64,000 nt of DNA from Azolla caroliniana (taxonomy: Eukaryota; Plantae; Polypodiophyta): positions 12,152,001 through 12,216,000 of the forward strand of contig JBHGNT010000018.1 in the NCBI GenBank assembly GCA_043228905.1, read 5' to 3'. Both the position numbers and the translations under genes were made by a program. The notes under the pieces were generated by a model, which worked only from the letters and a program-made list of their open reading frames with translations, was not told the origin of the DNA and ran no database searches. This document shows positions 1 through 12,815 of this stretch, one piece after another; the first letter of the stretch is position 1; each line of letters starts with the position of its first letter.

Positions 1-1746
1 GAAGCTGGCAACAATCATATCTTCCTTCACCAAATGGTGACCCTATTTAGCTGGGGCCCAACATCGCATCCAGGTGCTAACCGACCTCAAAAATCTAATT
101 TACTTCACCACCAGTCGTACATTGAATCGGCGGCAAGCCTTTTCTCGCCGACTACGACTTTGAGATCTTGAATCGACCCGGAGTTCAACATGGGAAAGTT
201 GACGCCCTCTCTCGGCAACCTCATTTTGCATTGCGCCCAGGAGATGATGCATATTCACAACAATCCCATAGTTTGATGTGGCCTGATCAACTTCAGATGT
301 TCACCACCTGCATGTTACATGATGATTCTTTGCTCAACGAGATCGCCACGACAACAGTGTCAGACCCATTCGCCAAAGAAATCATGGGCCGCAAGCTCAT
401 ATCTCAACCAATTTACAACCCGGGATGGGTTACTATATCGTAATCATCTCTTGTACGTTCCCGAATGATCATGTCGTACACGGGTTCTACAAAACTGTCA
501 TGATGATCCTCTTGCCAGCCACTTTGGGATTACGAAAACCCTGGAATTGCTATCTCGTGGGTTTTGGTGGCCCCAACCTTGGAAATTTGTCAAGAAATTT
601 ATCAAGACATGTGATGTATGTGCTCATCCCCATCGGCCATATGATCTTCTCCACCCGCTCCCCATTCCACGTCGACCATGGGTCTCACTATCCATGGACT
701 TTATCACCGACTTGCCTCTGGTTGGTGGACATGACACGGTGCTAGTCATTGTCGACCGGTTTTCGAAAATGGCTCAATGTTTTCTATGTTCCAAAACAAT
801 TTCCAGGGAAGAGACAACTAATCTTTTTCTTCAAAATGTTGTTTGATTACACAGCTTACCCGAGGATATCACCTCTAATCGAGGTTCTCAGTTCATTTCC
901 CACTTTTGGCGACAACTTCTACAAACATTCGGGACTTCTGTCAACTTGTCCTCAACATACCATCCTCAAACTGATGGACAAATGGAGCGAGTCAACCAAA
1001 TCCTAGAATAATACCTTCAGTGTACCGTGAGCTACCAACAGGAGGATTGGGTGGACTTCCTTACAATGGCGGAATTTGCTTACAATAATAGTATCCATGC
1101 TTCGACTAAGGTTTCCCCCTTCTTTGCAAACTATGGATTTCACCCTCGTTTCAGCATTTCCATACTTGCAACTTCGGTCAATCCTTCGGTAGAGACGCGT
1201 GCCCGCGCTTTACACGATGTCCATCGTGTCCTCTCCTTGGAGATCCGTGTTGCTCGTGACCACTATAAAGATCAAGCGAACCGACATCGCTTAGCTGCAC
1301 TGACGTTTGCAAGCGGGGACATGGTTTGGCTGTTACGTCGTCACATCGCCACCACACGTCCTTGTGCGAATTTGGACTACAAAAGACTAGGCCCCTTTCG
1401 TATCATCAAGCGGATCAACCCAATCGCCTTCCGGTTAGCACTTCCTCCAACATTCAAGATTCACCATGTTTTTCACATTTCCCTCCTTGAACTCTACCAT
1501 CCTTCTCAAATTCCAGGATGACACCCTCCTCCACCACCAACCTGAGGTTGACCAAATCCTCGACTCTCGATATCGTCGTCGACAGCTCCAATATTTGGTC
1601 TTATGGAAAGGTTACTCCATTTCGGACGCCACATGGGAACCAGTTACACATTTACAAAATGCTCCGGAGGCCATTCGCAATTTTCATTAACGATACCCAC
1701 ATAAACTAGGTACGAGTCCCGGGAAGCAACCTTAGAGGGAGGATAA
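1..1746 (+). mobile_element. Degenerate chromoviral Ty3/gypsy pol 3' part (RNase H end, integrase, chromodomain) with PPT
   Basis: Frameshifted ORFs with integrase motifs (SMDFITDLP, HPQTDGQ, EFAYNN, GPFRI) and a chromodomain ([21 protein letters not shown]); PPT agagggaggataa at 1734-1746. Confidence 0.93.
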
Positions 1747-2018
1747 TGTCATAGACACAATGGAATATAGGGGGTTGAACCCATGACCTCTTGGTCTTAT
1801 AGGGCAACCTTACCAATTAAGCTACATTCCATCCATGCATTATTGTATTGTATAAGTTTCAACTTATTACATTGTAAGTTAATCACTAGAACTTTCAAGA
1901 AACTTCTAGAGAATGCATAGACAACCACTCTCTAGAAGTTTCCATGCATTCTCTAGATGTTTCCTAGCTTACATGCGTACCACCACATTCTTGTATAAAT
2001 ACTTTGGTGCACCTTTAT
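1747..2018 (+). repeat. Truncated LTR (family 1), U3 part only
   Basis: Starts TGTCAT right after the PPT; near-identical to 4675-4947, then diverges just after the TATA box (gtataaatact) into internal pol-like sequence. Confidence 0.9.
1759..1833 (-). ncRNA. tRNA-like cassette in LTR U3 (antisense)
   Basis: Reverse complement TGGAATGTAGCTTAATTGGTAAGG...GAGGTCATGGGTTCAACCCCCTATATTCCA: A-box-like, B-box-like and paired ends. Confidence 0.7.
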
Positions 2019-2313
2019 TGTACCACAAGACGTGCACGGTCGTTTTCTTGTTGTCGAGAAACCTCTGCAAGACGTCCACGGTGGGATTGATGACGAGGGT
2101 CGCGCATTGGGCAATGGCGGATGACATGGCCGGGGGTACCACAATAGAGGCAGAGGCCATTGTCACGTTGATGTTGCCGATTCCATTGTGGCCGATTCGA
2201 GCGTGGTCACCTCCATGCCTGTTGTGTCACATGACGTCCCTACTCTTGTCACCAATTTGCCCGCAAGATATTGCGATTTTTTGGACATGTTCGAAAAGCG
2301 AAATGCAGACCGG

Positions 2314-3041
2314 TGTCGTGAAGACTTTCGGCAACGGTATGAAAATTGTGTGCAACGAACGAAATCGAGAAGGTGTGATGTGGACGTGTGAAAGGGCTGA
2401 AGGCCACACGCAGATGCTAGCATGTTGTAAATAGGATTGAAATGAGAATCATAAAAGAAAAGCTAGATGTAAAGTTAAACATGTGCACGTGTGATGTGCA
2501 TTCAATTGTAAATATAAAAATAAGACTAAAGCGTAGTAACATAGGGGTGGAAGCAAGGCTTGAACCTTGCACCTCCAAAATAGGAGACAAATTAACTTAC
2601 CACTAGAATTTGTATATTTTCTTTTTCATATTCAGTATTTTGTAGGAAGCAAACAAATTGGGCACAAAACCATGGTTTTAGCCCATGGTTTTAGCCCGTG
2701 GTTTTAACCCATGGTTTCAGCTAGTGGTTTTAGTCCATGGTTTTTGCATGGAGAGACCTATAAACGCCTATAGTTCGGCTTGTGTAAGGGAGGCAAGTGA
2801 TGTAAGTAAAAAAAAAGAAATTTTTAATCAAAGATCGGAGTTATCCTAATGGTGATGTATCTTGTCTCGTAAAACTAAAGTCAAGGGTTTAATCTCTATC
2901 TCAATCTCTCTCTCTCTCTCTTCATCCATCTATCTATCTTCAATAATTTCTCGCTTACGCTACTAAAAACATCGAATCCTTCCAGTCCAAGACCCCGGTG
3001 GTCCCACTTCATTTTGTGAACACGCGAGGATTTCCTCGACA
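2314..3041 (+). mobile_element. Solo LTR of the non-chromoviral gypsy family, inserted in pol
   Basis: TGTCG...CGACA termini; 4-bp TSD ccgg/ccga whose removal restores [11 protein letters not shown]; both ends resemble the LTR at 35603-42122. Confidence 0.85.
2668..2745. repeat. About 6 tandem copies of a 13-14-bp unit (cccatggttttag) in the solo LTR
   Basis: Direct reading of the sequence. Confidence 0.85.
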
Positions 3042-4674
3042 CCGATTTCCGGCACATCGCCCCTATGATAGCCCAATCGAACTCCAAGATGGCGCACACC
3101 CGCCATTTGGGCCCATCTATGGGCTATCTAAACCCAAACTTGAGGCCCTTCGCACATATCTCGATGAAAACCTTGTCAAGGGCATCATTCAACCCTCCAA
3201 ATCACCGGCTAGAGCCCCAATCTTATTTTTCAAGAAGAAGGACGGCTCATTACGCCTATGTGTGGATTATTGGGGTCTCAACAAAATTATGGTATGTAAT
3301 CGTTACCCCTTGCCTTTAATTCCAACACTTCTTGACCGACTTCAAACCGGGCGTATCTTCTCCAAAATCGACCTTCGGGGAGCCTACAATCTGGTGCGTA
3401 TCAAGCCAGGAGACAAGTGGAAAACGCCCTTTCGAACACGCTATGGACATTTCGAGTACAAGGTGATGCCTTTTGGTCTCACCAACACCCCTGCGGTCTT
3501 TCAACACATGATGAACGATATATTTCGGGAGTATCTCGATCACTTCGTGGTGATTTACCTTGACGACATTTTAGTTTTTTCTTCCAACATAGAGGAGCAC
3601 ACCTGACACATCTGATTGGTCCTATCCAAACTTCGGGAACATGGACTTTACACCAAAAGTGAGAAATGTGAATTCGATCGGACCTCTATTGAATTCCTAG
3701 GCTATGTGATTTCACCCTCCGGGATCACAATAGATGCATGCAAGGTAGCGGCAATCACCAATTGGCCTATCCCTACTCAATTTTTTCCATGTTCGAAAAC
3801 CATTTCCGGGGAAGAGACAACTAATCTTTTTCTTCAAAATGTTGTTCGATTACACGGCTTACCCGAGGATATCACCTCTAATCGAGGTTCTCAGTTCATT
3901 TCCCACTTTTGGTGACGACTTCTACAAACATTCGGAACTTCTGTCAACTTGTCCTCAACATACCATCCTCAAACTGATGGACAAATGGAGTGAGTCAACC
4001 AAATCCTTGAACAGTACCTTCGGTGTACCGTGAGCTACCTACAGGAGGATTGGGTGGACTTCCTTGCAATGGAGGAATTTGCTTACAATAATAGTATCCA
4101 TGCTTCGACTAAGGTTTCCCCCTTCTTTGCAAACTATGGATTTCACCCTCGTTTCAGCATTTCCATACCTACAACTTCGGTCAAACTTTCGGCAGATATG
4201 CGTGCCCGCACTTTACACGATGTCCTTGTGCAATCGGGGACATGGTTTTGTTGTTACGTCGTCACATCGCTACCACGCGTCCTTGTGCAAAATTGGACTA
4301 CAAAAGACTAGGCCCCTTTCGTATCATCGAGCGGATCAACCTAGTCACCTTCCGGTTAGCACTTCCTCCAACATTCAGGATTCACGATGTTTTTCACGTT
4401 TCCCTCCTCGAACTCTACCATCTTTCTCGAATTCCAAGATGACACCCGCCTCCACCGCCACCTGTGGAATTGTCAACGGGCAAAGAATATGAGGTTGACC
4501 AAATCCTCGACTCTCGTTATTGTCGTCGACAGCTCCAATATTTGGTCTTATGGAAAGGTTACCCCATTTCGGACACCACATGGGAACCAGTTACACATTT
4601 ACAAAATGCTCCAGAGGCCATTTGCGATTTTCATCAACCGCGAGTCCTAGGAGGCAGCCTTAGAGGGAGGATAA

Positions 4675-5123
4675 TGTCATAGACACGATGGAATGTAGGG
4701 GGTTGAACCCATGACCTCTTAGTGTTATTGGGCAACCTTACCAATTGAGCTACATTCCATCTATACATTATTGTATTGTATAAGTTTCAACTTATTACAT
4801 TGTAAGTTAATCACTAGAACTTTCAAGAAACTTCTAGAGAATGCATAGACATGCACTCTCTAGAAGTTTCCATGCATTCTCTAGATTTTTCCTAGCTTAC
4901 ATGCATACCACCACATTCTTGTATAAATACTTCGGTGCACCTTCATTACAATCAAGGTGAACAACACTAGTTATGAAAGCATAATTTAGTTTTCGCTCTT
5001 TTGTCTACCCTCTCTCTCTCTTGTTCTCTTATCTATGCTCCTCTCTATCTATATATCTATATTTCTCTCTTTGTTAATATTGAGCTCACCTACTTGTCGT
5101 TGCCCTCGTCTACGTCTGTGACA
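4675..5123 (+). repeat. 3' LTR (family 1)
   Basis: TGTCAT...GTGACA, follows the PPT, TATA box at about 4922, CT-rich U5. Confidence 0.88.
4687..4761 (-). ncRNA. tRNA-like cassette in LTR U3 (antisense)
   Basis: 12-bp inverted repeat gatggaatgtag/ctacattccatc enclosing TAGCTCAATTGG (A box) and GGTTCAACCC (B box) on the minus strand. Confidence 0.75.
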
Positions 5124-5139
5124 ACCATGGCTTTTGTCA

Positions 5140-5390
5140 ATTCCATCCGGTCGCTAGTTCCCGGCTTCGTTGCCAGGTTCGTCCGGTTATTGGGTCCGTT
5201 TGATTGCCGGTTGCCGGGTCCACCCAGTCGCCGGTTGTTGGATCTACTCGGTGGCCGGTTGCCATTTGTCGGTTCCGTATGGTCTCCAGTTTCCAACTCA
5301 CGTCCAATTTCCGGTTGCTAGTTCCACGATTGCCAGCTCTGTCCAATTTCCGGTTGTTGGCTCATTCCGGTTTCTGATTACCGGTTCCTT
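5140..5390. repeat. CCGGTT-rich degenerate repeat tract, possibly a transposon subterminal region
   Basis: Many ccggtt/ccagtt motifs; no convincing ORF. Confidence 0.4.
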
Positions 5391-5721
5391 AGCCACATTT
5401 GTCCATGTAGACAAATTGGTCCAAGTCAAACTATTCATTTTGTGTTGTCAACATAGATAAAAACTAATGGTTTTCAATCTGGTTATATAGCTGGATGCTA
5501 AAGTTTCCTATCTATGTGGGATATCTTAAAATTCTAGTATTTCCTCATCCTCTTAAGCTTCACAGTTACATAACTTAATATGTAGTTATCCATTTTATAT
5601 GTAGTAAAATGCATTCGGAAACTCTTGAAGGCATTCATCTTTCTATAACAAGCCATTAAGATAATATAATAATTATTTCATTATTTTTTTACATAGTGTG
5701 TGAATAATCACACGACATCGA

Positions 5722-8309
5722 CGCTTGAATAAAGTGACGATCAAGAATTCATATCCATTGCCCCGGGCGGACGATCTAATTGATCGTCTCCAAGGAGCTC
5801 GGTATTTTACAAAACTTGATCTCCGTATAGGCTACCATCAAATTCGTATAAGTGAGGATGATGTTCCTAAAACGGCATTTCGTACGCGTATGGCCATTAT
5901 GAGTTTTTGGTTATGCCTTTCTGTTTGATCAATGCTCCGGCCACATTTCAACAAGAAATGAATGACATTTTCCGAGAACAACTTGGAAAATTTGTCATTA
6001 TTTTCTTGGATGATATTCTAGTTTATAGTCATACATTAGAAGAACATGCTAAACATGTCTGCTTTGTTTTACAAACATTGCGCGACAAACAATTCTACGC
6101 GAAGATCTCAAAATGTGAGTTCTTCAAGAGATCAATTACTTATCTTGGACATCTCATAACTAAACGAGGAGTTGAAATTGATCCTTCTCGCATCGAGAAA
6201 ATCAAACTTTGGCCCACTCTTCGGAATATTCGAGAAGTTCGATCAGTCCTTGGTTTTGTCAGGTTTTTGCGAAAATCCATTCGTAATTACTCCCAATTGA
6301 CAACGTCGTTTACTGATCTTCTAAAAGGTGAAATGCGTAAGTCTACAAAATGTATTGTGTGGAATGCTACACTAGACCTCTCCTTTGAGGAACTCAAGGA
6401 CCTAGTGTGCAAGGCTCCTTCGCTTCTTTTGCCTAATCCTTCAAAACCTTTTGAGGTTGAAACCGATGCAAGCGATATGCTATAGGTGTTGTCTTATATC
6501 AACATGGTAAACCAATAGCATTCGAGAGTAAGAAATTTGATTCTGCTCAATGTCGGTATACGGTTCAAGAAAAGGAATTATTTGCAATTACACATGCGCT
6601 CAAAACAAGGCGCCATTATCTTTATGGAAATCATTTTTTGGTAACTACGGACCACGAGTCCTTGAAATATTTTGGTGACCAACAAGACCTGAAAGGTCGT
6701 AAGGCACGATGGGCTGATCTCATCCAGGACTTTGATTTTTCCATACGATATCATAAAGGTTCCATGAACATTGTCGTTGATGCATTAACTCGCATTTGTG
6801 AAGTTAACATGCTTAGCTTCACTGAAATAACATTAGATCTTTATGATCACCTTCGAGGAAAGTATCATGATGACAATTATTTTGCGAAATACTGGGCAAG
6901 AGTTGAGTCTAGAACAAACACCACCACATCCTCAAAGGAATCCTTCCACATTGCTAACGGTCTGCTCTACCGTAATGGAAAGGTTTGTGTTCTAGATTTG
7001 CCTGAGGTCAAAAAAAGAATTCTTTTTAAATGCCATGATGCACCCTCAACGGGGCACCCTAGAATACATCGTACACTCGTTCTCATCTCCACGCAATTCT
7101 ATTGGCCTAAGATGCATCGTGACATACATAGCTATGTGACTAAATGTCACCAATGTCAGGTTAACAAAGCCGAGCGACTTAAAGCCGCAGGACTTTTACA
7201 TCCTTTGGACATTCCCAATAATAAGTGGGAAAGTATATCCATGGATTTTATTGTTAGCCTTCCTCGCACCCAAAAAGGCCATGATGCCATCTGGGTTGTG
7301 GTTGATAGACTAACTAAAATGGCTAGATTTATTGCTACTAAAACCACAGTAACAGCTCTTGAATTGGCTTACCAATTCGTTGACGAGTTATTTCGTTTTT
7401 ATGGGTTACCGATGGATATTGTGAGTGATCGAGATCCAAAATTTACTAGTGACTTCTGGACGCAAGTCTTTAAGAAGTTAGAAACTACGTTGAGCATGAG
7501 CTCAACGGATCATCCTCAATCCGATGGACAAACAGAACGAGTAAATCAAATTATTGAGGACATGCTTTGAGCATACGTTGGTGCAAAACCAACAAAATGG
7601 GAATGTTATCTCCCAAATTTGGAGTTTGCTTATAACAGCTCCAAGCATACGTCGACGGGATATAGTCCTTTTATGTTGATGTATGGTTTTCAGCCATGAG
7701 CCCCGATTGATGTTAATATACATCATGATGAGTTGCAAAGTACGCAAAACTTTCTTAAGGATATGCAAGATATGTTGCATATTGCACGAGACAATATAAA
7801 AACAGCTAAAGATAGAGGGCATTTTTACGCCGATCATAATAGGCAACCTCGTGTATTCAAGCCTGGACAGAAGGTATTTTTACGTGTACCTCACAATTCT
7901 AAGATATTATCTACGGGTAAGTGTGCTAAGTTAGCCCCACGGTTTTGTGGACCTTTTCAAGTCCTCAAACGCACTAGTTCATCAGCCTATTGTCTCGCTC
8001 TTCCCGATGGCGTTGAAATTCATCCAGTTTTTCATGTAAGTCTTCTAAAAGAACTTCTAGGTTCTGGCGACAATACAGTTACAACTGAAACTCTGGTTAC
8101 TTCTGAAGAACTATCTTCTAAACCACATGTACCAGAAAGAATTCTCGATGTTAAAACAAAAAATCTGCGTACTAAAATAATCTGAGAATTTAAAATTAAA
8201 TGGATGGATAAATCTATCAAAGATGCCACACAGGAACGCAAAAATACTCTTAGAACTAACTTCCCTAACTTTTCATTGCAAGAGTGCAATGTTTTAAAGA
8301 GGGGGAGTA
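5722..8309 (+). mobile_element. 5'-truncated degenerate Ty3/gypsy pol (RT, RNase H, integrase, chromodomain-like), different family
   Basis: [46 protein letters not shown] motifs; PPT aaagagggggag at about 8297-8308. Confidence 0.92.
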
Positions 8310-8762
8310 CGTTACGAGCATGACCATATAATATCCCGTGGTGAGAATTTACCGTAGTATTCTATACACGTGGATAAGTGTAGGGTTAAACGAGAGTGTA
8401 AAGAAGGGGAGGATTACTTTTAATCCTTGGGATTGAGACAACCCATTAGGCCAAGTGTGAACTTGCTTGGGGACCTTGGGTATCGCTATAAATATGAGGC
8501 CTAACTACCCTCATTTCATCATATCTTGACTACGTCGAGACTCTGTTTCATGGTGGGTCAATTCTTGTAGCGAGCGCACGCTAGCACCAGGTACGACTCA
8601 ACGCCACGACAGTGATATGGGATGTCGATCGAGGCTCCAGTCCGTCTCGATCCCTTCGCTTGGGGGTGGTCGGGTGGATCGGCACCCTTCTTTCTCTCTC
8701 TCCTTTCTATCTATCTATCTTTTATCCTTATCATATGCTTACTTTAGATCATAACTCTAACA
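8310..8762 (+). repeat. Probable 3' LTR of the preceding gypsy
   Basis: Follows the PPT, TATA box at about 8488, ends ...ctctaaca where copia sequence begins. Confidence 0.6.
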
Positions 8763-9862
8763 CACTAGAACGCAATCAAGCATGTGTTTAGATATCTAGT
8801 GGGCACAAAAGACCTTGGCATCCTATTCGGCCCGAACGACACTTCAGGCGTAGTCGGATACATCGACTCGGACTTTGTTGGCTGCGTGGAAAGTCGAAAG
8901 TCAACAACCGGATACTGCTTCAAACTTGGCAATGGAGCAATTTCATGGAAATCAAAACTTCAGGAGTGCATTGTCACATCAACGACTGAGGCCGAATACG
9001 TAGTCACGTCCGATGCGGCGAAAGAGGACTTATGGCTCGGTTGGATGGCTTGCACGTTTTGACAAGCTGAATCCGGCTTGACTCTAGTTGTCTACAACGA
9101 TAGTCAAGGCGTTATTGCTCTATCGAGAAATCCGGTCCAACACAACGCCACGAAGCACATTGACGTTCAATATCACTTTGTTCGGGGCTGCGTCATTTCA
9201 GGAAAAATCGGCCTTGAGAAGATACATACAACCGATAATGTCGCAGATGAGATGACCAAGTCTCTTTCGGTGGATCGATTTTGATCCCTTCGACACCAGA
9301 TGGGTGTAACGAAGAATCAATCAGATTAAGTCGGACACTTAGGATGTTTTTGAACAATCAACTTCGATAGTTCGAAGTTCAGTCGGTCTCATTGACTCCT
9401 GCCAATTCGGCCTTCTGATTTTTCGGAGTTTTCCGACCTGAACGAAAAACCGATTTGCTCAAAAACGTTGTACTAATCTGTATTGTACACTTATTTCGAT
9501 ACTACAAATTTCGGATGTATACGCCCATTACGGGGGAGTGTCGAATACAGGTCTCTAATGGATGTATTCACATTTGGGACTTCTTGTACACACTAGGTTT
9601 AGGCTATTTATGTAAATAGTGAGAAGGGCAGTTGCCCTAAGTTAGTCAGTATATAAATTGACTTCGTAACCTAGTTTTGAAGTGGTTAAAAAATACAATT
9701 CATCTTGTGCTTAACGTCTCTCTCCACCTTGCATTATGGTTGTGTCTTGCTTTCTGTTGATGTTGCTTAGACTCATCAATCTACCCTGCCTGTATCTGTT
9801 TTATGATCTTCTCTCTATAAGAGTGTTGATTAGTTCCGCACTAGACGATCACGTTCCCAACA
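8763..9862 (+). mobile_element. Ty1/copia 3' remnant (RNase H, PPT, 3' LTR at about 9539-9862)
   Basis: DSDF, STTGY, ISWKSK, STTEAEY, KHID motifs; PPT cgggggag then TGTCG...CCAACA. Confidence 0.85.
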
Positions 9863-9995
9863 GTTACCCCTGCCAATTCGACCATACGCCGATTGACTTG
9901 TAATTATACAATTGTAACTTTAGATTAAGATTGTAATCTAGGTTTACTAGGGAGATAACCCCATATCGATGTATGTAGATAGATTAATCCTTTTA

Positions 9996-10153
9996 TGGGG
10001 GAGTTTGTTGGGCTAAAAGTCCCACTCTACCCACCTGTATCCTAGTGTGAACACGTCCTCACAACTAGGGCTAAGTTACCCTAACTATATAAGTGAGAGA
10101 GTAAGCATTGTATATGAGGTTCGAGGGTTAATGTAACAAAGTCTTCTTTTGAG

Positions 10154-10221
<68 letters not shown>

Positions 10222-10290
10222 CTTACATATCTCCACTTGCATTGTTTGCCAGACTAATCGACAAGTCCTTAATCATCTTCTACATCAACA
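9996..10290 (+). mobile_element. PPT plus LTR remnant containing a (CT)n microsatellite
   Basis: atgggggagt followed by tgttggg...catcaaca, TATA box at about 10087. Confidence 0.5.
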
Positions 10291-11227
10291 TCTCTACATA
10301 TTAGCTTCCACACATCCAAGTCATATAATTGGACTCATCGAACATAAGTGGCGGGAGTAAGCATTTCTCTATTTGTAGAGGTTGAAAAGTCATGCTAACG
10401 GTAACAATAAAGTAGATTTGTATAACAAAATAATTAATTGTTATGGTAGAGACTAATCATGCTGATAACATGTTATAGAATAGACTGATTATAAACTATT
10501 AAGCAAGATCAAAGAACGATTAGATATTAATCTAGATCACTGATCGCATATTAATATAATCTCTAGATAGAGCTCATAGGCTATGCTCTTCTATAGAATG
10601 CCAAAATGATTCAGATACATGAGTTTATGACCCACAATATGATGGGATGCATGCATACAATTACATCATGACTTGTTAGCTAAAGCTTAAGACGAAGATA
10701 GGTATAACATGACTCATTACATGCATGAGTTAATAACAATTGAAGCAAAAAAATGGTTATTGTCTACCAAAATGCCAATCAAGTTTTTGAACTATCTAAT
10801 TGGCAAGATTTACAAAGTGTACCCAGTATGAGAGAGAGAGAAACAAATCATACAAATTTTATGGCCATTTGACCCTAACTTCATTCATACAAACAAGTGA
10901 TATCATTAAATGATGCATATCATAAGTTGATGACGAAGGTAAGTGGATGGAAGAACGGGTTACAACTTACAAATATATGGGGTTTCCATATATGTTAATG
11001 TCATCATGGCACGTTGGTGTTTTCAATTGGTGCAACAAGCTAAGGAGCTTTACCATTGGGGGTTGCATCAATGGAATTGAAACACAGGAGGCATCAATTT
11101 CTTTCATGCTTGATCATTGAAATGGTTTGGAGGTGTATCATTTTGTGTGGATGTCATTGACTACAGTAAAACTATCTTCACTCAATTGGGGTTTTGCACA
11201 TATGGAGAATAGTGGAGTGATGTCTCA

Positions 11228-11665
11228 TGTTAAGAATTAGGTAACTAAGCAAGGGTTTATTAGTACCTAATTATGTGATTAAGTTAAGCAGAAGATTAAG
11301 TGATATGTGTGTGAGAGGAAGAGAGAGAGAAGTACACTTATGAGCAACACAAGATAGGTGATGATTAACTCTATATTAAATTAGCATCGTCAAATACAAA
11401 AATACCCACAATGAGGTATATATACAACTCATGTGCAACGATGCACATGTGTGAGTAGTGAGTAGAATATAGGTACAAGGATGTAAGTCCTATATTCAAT
11501 ATACTTGGTAGTGGAAGATCTTGAATGTATCCCCACTTACGTACAAGTACAAAATCCTATTTAAGGGTTTATAGTCAACACTCTTAACTAGATTCTATCT
11601 AGGTAACTACGAAATTACATGGTTGACTAATATAACTAAACTAAGTTGAGCTTGATCTCTCAACA
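11228..11665 (-). mobile_element. Copia solo LTR
   Basis: TGTTAAG...CTCAACA, TSD tctca/tttca; clearly homologous to LTR 52508-52953. Confidence 0.92.
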
Positions 11666-11804
11666 TTTCATTTCCACATAAATTTACAATATTTCATTAT
11701 TTAGAATTTTTTGAATTTTAAAGATGTTCCTAAAATGTGAGAATAAGGTCTAAAAATGAAAAGATTGTTTAAAAACAAATTTTAAATTTATAAAATAAAA
11801 AGCT

Positions 11805-11910
11805 GCTAAACCGCGGTTTTTTATTGTTGAAACCGAACCGAACCGAACCATGAAATCGTGGCTTCGAACCAAACCGTTAAGCCACGGTTTCGCGGTTCGA
11901 ACTGTTGCCG
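11805..11910. repeat. AACCG/CGGTT-rich tract, hAT/MITE subterminal-like remnant
   Basis: aaccgaaccgaaccgaacc and inverted cggttt motifs. Confidence 0.4.
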
Positions 11911-12076
11911 ATTGTTAAAGAGAGCCAACCATGCAAGGTCACATGCAATCATAGTTTGACATTTGAATTGGTGTTTTTTTTCTTTTGCAATGAAAGGCAT
12001 TCTGTGTTTACGGGAGGAGAGAGAGAGAGAGTCTCCCTCCCCCTCCCCAAGGCAAAAGTGAATTGAATGGCGCCAC

Positions 12077-12117
<41 letters not shown>

Positions 12118-12815
12118 GAAAGAAAAGAAGAAGAAAAAATGAGAGAAGAAAAAAATAAAGACATGATGTTGTGTGTGTGTGTATGTTTCCGTTGGGGGGT
12201 GGGGTGGGGGGGACTAAACACCAAAAAAGCAGAGAGCACATAAAAAAGCAACTGCTAAAGTTAGTGGCAATCAATCAATGAATACGTGTATGTACATACA
12301 TATGTATGTAAGTCTAGCAGAACAAAACCCACAAATACAAATACAAATACAAATACATACTACATATGTACATATTTGAAAACCAACGAACGAACGAGAG
12401 CAGAGCCATAACTCCCCTTCATTCATTCATTAAATCTCTTCTTACTCCCCTTCTCTGCAGGAAACTTGGGAATGGATCCTCCTCTGGCGTTTCTTGAACG
12501 CCCCACTTCTCTCTCTCTCTCTCTCTCAATGCTCTTATGAAACAAACAGAGATTAACAACAGATTAATTTGAACTTGAGTGAAAGAGAGGAGAGATATGG
12601 GGTTTTGTATATGTACTTAAAGGAAATCCTAAATCGAATATCCAGAAACACTGTTGAAAGACCCAAGAGAGAAGGTCTGAGAGAAAGAAAGACAGAAACG
12701 ATGGGTTTTTGGGTAGTAGAAGGAAAGCGCAAACTGAAATCCCAAAGCCAGAGGAGTTAAAAAAAAAAAAAGGACTTGCCAAACCCCCCCACCCCACCCC
12801 ACCCATACGCAGAAA

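Larger units (their letters stand above)
2019..4674 (+). mobile_element. Second, internally deleted chromoviral gypsy unit (RT, partial integrase, chromodomain, PPT)
   Basis: RT motifs [25 protein letters not shown] (2998-3606); RNase H missing at a junction near 3775; integrase/chromodomain near-identical to 780-1690; PPT 4662-4674. Confidence 0.92.

Noticed and set aside
2668-2745. Interstitial telomeric repeat
   Set aside because: The unit is 13-14 bp (cccatggttttag), not TTTAGGG, and lies within an LTR.
4687-4761. Functional tRNA genes in the LTRs and at 22829
   Set aside because: Anticodon stems do not pair and D-stems are imperfect, so these are tRNA-like rather than bona fide tRNAs.
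11821-12274. Cys/Val-repeat ORFs
   Set aside because: They are translations of (CA)n and (GA)n microsatellites.
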